Source of the DNA: Naegleria gruberi
Taxonomy: Eukaryota
NCBI GenBank assembly: GCA_000004985.1
Contig: GG739397.1
Strand: one strand, 5' to 3'
Length of the DNA: 1,514 nt
Made by a program: the position numbers and the translations under genes. Below the pieces are notes generated by a model. It ran no database searches. It had not been told where the DNA came from and worked only from the letters and a program-made list of their open reading frames with translations. This document shows positions 1-1,514 of the stretch, piece after piece (the first letter of the stretch is position 1; every line of letters starts with the position of its first letter).

Positions 1-2
1 AT

Positions 3-536
3 TGTTGTTTTACTATTAGAAAGCTAATTCTCAATCAAAAGTTTCCAGTGACCGATCAGAGAAGAAAATCATGTCGTAAAATGCTCCTACTAACATTTGG
101 TCAACTCTACATGGCTCTTCTCAACTTAATTTCAATGAGTTTTGGAGGATTAGCTTTCGCTTACTATATTCCACTTTATCCTATTTGTTTATTCATCCAC
201 AAAATATCCCTCCTCTTATTTTGCATTATTGTAACATTTTCATTTGGTCCTTTGGACTTTGTATTGATTGAATTTAACAGCACTAGCTCACAATCTGTGA
301 CAAGTGTCGAAATTATTCAGAAACGAGATGACATTTCTCAATCTGTGTTGAATTCTGATCAGATTATTAGAAAGGAAGACTTTAGAGAATATGTGAATAG
401 TGAAACCAAATCAAACACTAGTGGAATACCAATCCTAGTTGACCAATCAGAAATTTTCACTGAAATTCCACTTTGGGACAAAATTAGTATATTTTCCTTA
501 TCAAAACCTCAAGAATCAGCCATCTCTCAATTATAA
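3..536 (+). CDS. Partial, 5'-truncated ORF encoding the C-terminal part of a predicted multi-pass membrane protein, possibly the terminal exon of a nematode-type serpentine (7TM, Str-superfamily-like) chemoreceptor. The track lists it as 48..536 from a GTG start.
   Basis: Frame 3 is open from the window edge (tgt tgt ttt act ... gtg acc) to TAA at 534-536. The first in-frame ATG is at 81. No Shine-Dalgarno sequence lies before GTG 48 or ATG 81. The translation has a basic stretch (TDQRRKSCRK) followed by about 39 hydrophobic residues (MLLLTFGQLYMALLNLISMSFGGLAFAYYIPLYPICLFI). A second helix follows (ISLLLFCIIVTFSFGPLDFVLI). The tail is an 88-aa hydrophilic Ser/Thr/Asp/Glu-rich stretch of natural-looking composition. 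The QLY-AL and F-C...P-LD...EF patterns resemble, from memory only, the TM6/TM7 region of nematode Str/Srh/Sri chemoreceptors. An acceptor-like tttccag lies at 42-48. Confidence 0.4.
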   Translation, partial: CCFTIRKLILNQKFPVTDQRRKSCRKMLLLTFGQLYMALLNLISMSFGGLAFAYYIPLYPICLFIHKISLLLFCIIVTFSFGPLDFVLIEFNSTSSQSVTSVEIIQKRDDISQSVLNSDQIIRKEDFREYVNSETKSNTSGIPILVDQSEIFTEIPLWDKISIFSLSKPQESAISQL

Positions 537-862
537 AAATATTATTACAAGAAGCAACAGCTTTTAGTCAATCAACAACTTGAAAAACTTGACATTTCTC
601 AAATTTACAAAAATGCCACGTCGATTCTTAGACATGATTTTTAGCAATTTGGAAAAACAACTTTTTTGTGTTTTAAAGTGCTTTATTTTGAAACAACACA
701 AGAAATCAAACAACAGATAATTAGCTGAAGATTGAGCCAACTTTGAAATCCTTTCAAATAACATCAAGTCTTTATTCAATACATACTTCATAACTCAAAT
801 CCAAACTGGTCAACTGTTTCATTCCAGAAATACTTATTTTCCAATTTTGTGCTAGATCGTGA

Positions 863-1138
863 GATGAAAATTTTAAGGATTTGGCAAAACTAAGAAGTAA
901 GGATGATGGAATTCAATCAATAAGTGAATTGGAGCAATGTCTGACAGAACTTCAAACACACAACAATCAATCTAAATTTATTAACACTCTCAAGAATATA
1001 AAATTATTCGAAACCTTCCAACACTTTATTTCTTACTGCACATACAAAAAACCTTCTTTCTATCAGATTCTTCTATCAGAAACTTTGATCCTCCAAAATA
1101 AACTATTCCACACAAGAGAATCTCGTTTAGTTCTCTGA
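863..1138 (+). CDS. Hypothetical ORF with no in-frame ATG, a candidate internal or terminal exon in a eukaryotic reading. The track lists it as 881..1138 from a TTG start.
   Basis: The frame is open from the stop at 860-862 to TGA at 1136-1138. I checked every codon and found no ATG, so it cannot be a stand-alone gene unless TTG is the start, and there is no properly spaced RBS. The translation (DLAKLRSKDDGIQSISELEQCLTELQTHNNQSKFINTLKNIKLFETFQHFISY...) is not low-complexity. An acceptor-like ttttaag lies at 871-877. AATAAA at 1142-1147 lies 3 nt after the stop. Confidence 0.22.
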   Translation, partial: DENFKDLAKLRSKDDGIQSISELEQCLTELQTHNNQSKFINTLKNIKLFETFQHFISYCTYKKPSFYQILLSETLILQNKLFHTRESRLVL

Positions 1139-1141
1139 GCA

Positions 1142-1147
1142 AATAAA
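1142..1147 (+). terminator. Candidate poly(A) signal hexamer AATAAA, eukaryotic reading only.
   Basis: AATAAA lies 3 nt downstream of the TGA (1136-1138) that closes ORF 863..1138. AATAAA is common in AT-rich DNA and occurs several more times in the window, so this is weak evidence. Confidence 0.15.
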
Positions 1148-1223
1148 TACCTAAACAAAACTGAAGCGGATGAGAGCTACAAAAGTGCTTCATCTTGTCA
1201 TGCACTTTACTAAGTAAATTTGG

Positions 1224-1253
1224 TTGACATCCTAAAATAATCGAGCATGTCAA
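1224..1253. repeat. Inverted repeat TTGACAT (1224-1230) ... ATGTCAA (1247-1253) with a 16-bp spacer. The same heptamer also occurs at 589-595 and 1393-1399.
   Basis: Read directly. TTGACATC occurs at 1224-1231 and 1393-1400, and TTGACAT at 589-595. All three are on the + strand, and the reverse copy is at 1247-1253. None has a TATAAT-like -10 box at a 16-18-bp spacing, so they are not convincing sigma70 promoters. Confidence 0.3.
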
Positions 1254-1405
1254 TACATCAAACAAAATGCCAAAAGTCAATTTACGAAATGTGCACCAAA
1301 TAGAAAAAAATACAAACAAACTAATTAACAATAACACTCTCTCGTTGTGTTTTTTAATTTTTATATTCGAAAGCAAGATTCTTGTTAACATTTTGACATC
1401 AATAA

Positions 1406-1419
1406 CTGTCAAGTGACAG
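1406..1419. promoter_or_regulatory. Perfect 6-2-6 palindrome CTGTCA-ag-TGACAG, a candidate dimeric transcription-factor or operator site immediately upstream of ATG 1425.
   Basis: Read directly from the sequence: ctgtca at 1406-1411, ag at 1412-1413, tgacag at 1414-1419. It ends 5 nt before the ATG. Each arm matches the TGACAG/CTGTCA core bound by TALE homeodomain proteins (MEIS/PREP/TGIF class). The centre reads TCAAGTG (1409-1415), the NK-2 homeodomain consensus T(C/T)AAGTG. Confidence 0.3.
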
Positions 1420-1424
1420 AAATA

Positions 1425-1514
1425 ATGGGAAATAAACATTCTCATAGGAGAGCAAATAGTTTTATTGGAGAAAATGTTGGAGGAGGTGGAAATAAACATG
1501 GTTCGAATAAAAGG
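1425..1514 (+). CDS. N-terminal 30 codons of an unknown protein running off the 3' window edge. The start is MGNKHS, an N-myristoylation-type MGxxxS/T motif, and there is a Gly4 run. An alternative bacterial-style start is the in-frame ATG at 1498.
   Basis: ATG at 1425-1427 sits in the context ataATGg, with A at -3 and G at +4. The nearest in-frame upstream stop is TAA 1386-1388. The frame is open to position 1514 and reads MGNKHSHRRANSFIGENVGGGGNKHGSNKR. An exact 12-nt repeat GGAAATAAACAT occurs at 1428-1439 and 1488-1499, 60 nt apart and in frame, giving GNKH twice. GGAGGAGGTGG at 1479-1489 lies 8-11 nt before the in-frame ATG at 1498. Confidence 0.3.
   Translation, partial: MGNKHSHRRANSFIGENVGGGGNKHGSNKR
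1479..1489 (+). promoter_or_regulatory. Shine-Dalgarno-like purine run GGAGGAGGTGG, a candidate RBS for ATG 1498 in a bacterial reading. It is equally just the Gly-Gly-Gly-Gly codons of the ORF that starts at 1425.
   Basis: GGAGG at 1482-1486 lies 11 nt before ATG 1498-1500, at the long end of functional spacing. The same bases read as gga gga ggt gga in the 1425 frame. Confidence 0.15.

Noticed and set aside
458-480. The near-tandem repeat gaaattttcac / gaaattccac.
   Set aside because: It is short, lies inside the coding tail (SEIFTEIPLW) and is explained by local codon repetition. There is no evidence of a repeat element.
589-594. TTGACA hexamers at 589, 1224 and 1393, considered as sigma70 -35 boxes.
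   Set aside because: The sequences 16-18 bp downstream are aatgcc, aataatc (spacing wrong) and acagaa. None is a credible TATAAT-like -10 box, so I do not call them promoters.
661-705. The imperfect inverted repeat ttttttgtgtt (661-671) / aacacaagaaa (695-705).
   Set aside because: It is AT-rich with 9 of 11 pairs and a 23-nt loop. That is within chance expectation for this composition.
564-791. The 75-aa ORF on the - strand (MKYVLNKDLMLFERISK...).
   Set aside because: It is short and K/F/L-rich, and there are no translation signals before its ATG at 789-791. It lies in what looks like non-coding spacer between the + strand ORFs, so it is a probable chance ORF.
1162-1192. The inverted repeat TGAAGC (1162-1167) / GCTTCA (1187-1192), considered as a possible rho-independent terminator after the stop at 1138.
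   Set aside because: The stem is only 6 bp, the loop is 19 nt, and no T-tract follows (catcttgtcatgc). It does not meet intrinsic-terminator criteria.
1026-1499. The 157-aa ORF on the - strand (MFISTSSNIFSNK...).
   Set aside because: Its composition (F/L/I/C/S-rich, little charge patterning) is typical of the antisense frame of AT-rich DNA. It overlaps both the + strand ORF 863..1138 and the ATG 1425 start region, and there is no RBS-like sequence upstream of its start. I treat it as spurious.
1-1514. Any CRISPR array, tRNA or rRNA gene, or IS/transposon terminal inverted repeats.
   Set aside because: I found no regularly spaced direct repeats, no cloverleaf-compatible GC-rich stems, and no long terminal inverted repeats or target-site duplications on reading both strands.

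Overview
This 1514-bp window is AT-rich, roughly 32% GC by my rough count, and has no long convincing open reading frame. The six-frame track holds only short ORFs on mixed strands. Two of them use GTG/TTG starts with no Shine-Dalgarno sequence, and one has no in-frame ATG at all. I therefore read the window as more likely eukaryotic, possibly nematode-like, gene-poor or intron/intergenic-containing DNA than as densely coding prokaryotic DNA, but I cannot settle the domain of life without a search. I can support five things. (1) A + strand ORF is open from the 5' window edge (3..536) and encodes 2-3 hydrophobic helices plus a Ser/Thr-rich hydrophilic tail. It loosely resembles the TM6-TM7/C-tail region of nematode serpentine (Str-superfamily-like) chemoreceptors. 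(2) An ATG-less ORF (863..1138) has its stop followed 3 nt later by AATAAA. (3) A new + strand ORF starts at ATG 1425 (MGNKHSHRR..., an N-myristoylation-type MGxxxS start) and runs off the 3' edge. It contains an exact in-frame 12-nt duplication 60 nt apart. (4) A perfect palindrome CTGTCA-ag-TGACAG lies 5 nt upstream of that ATG. (5) A recurring TTGACAT(C) heptamer includes an inverted pair, and there are short CAA-rich repeats. A competing bacterial reading rests on a GGAGGAGGTGG Shine-Dalgarno-like run before an in-frame ATG at 1498. I see no rRNA, tRNA, CRISPR array or recognisable transposon ends. I cannot identify a defined novel system from the sequence alone. The candidates most worth testing are the membrane-protein fragment and the palindrome-plus-myristoylated-start locus at the 3' end.
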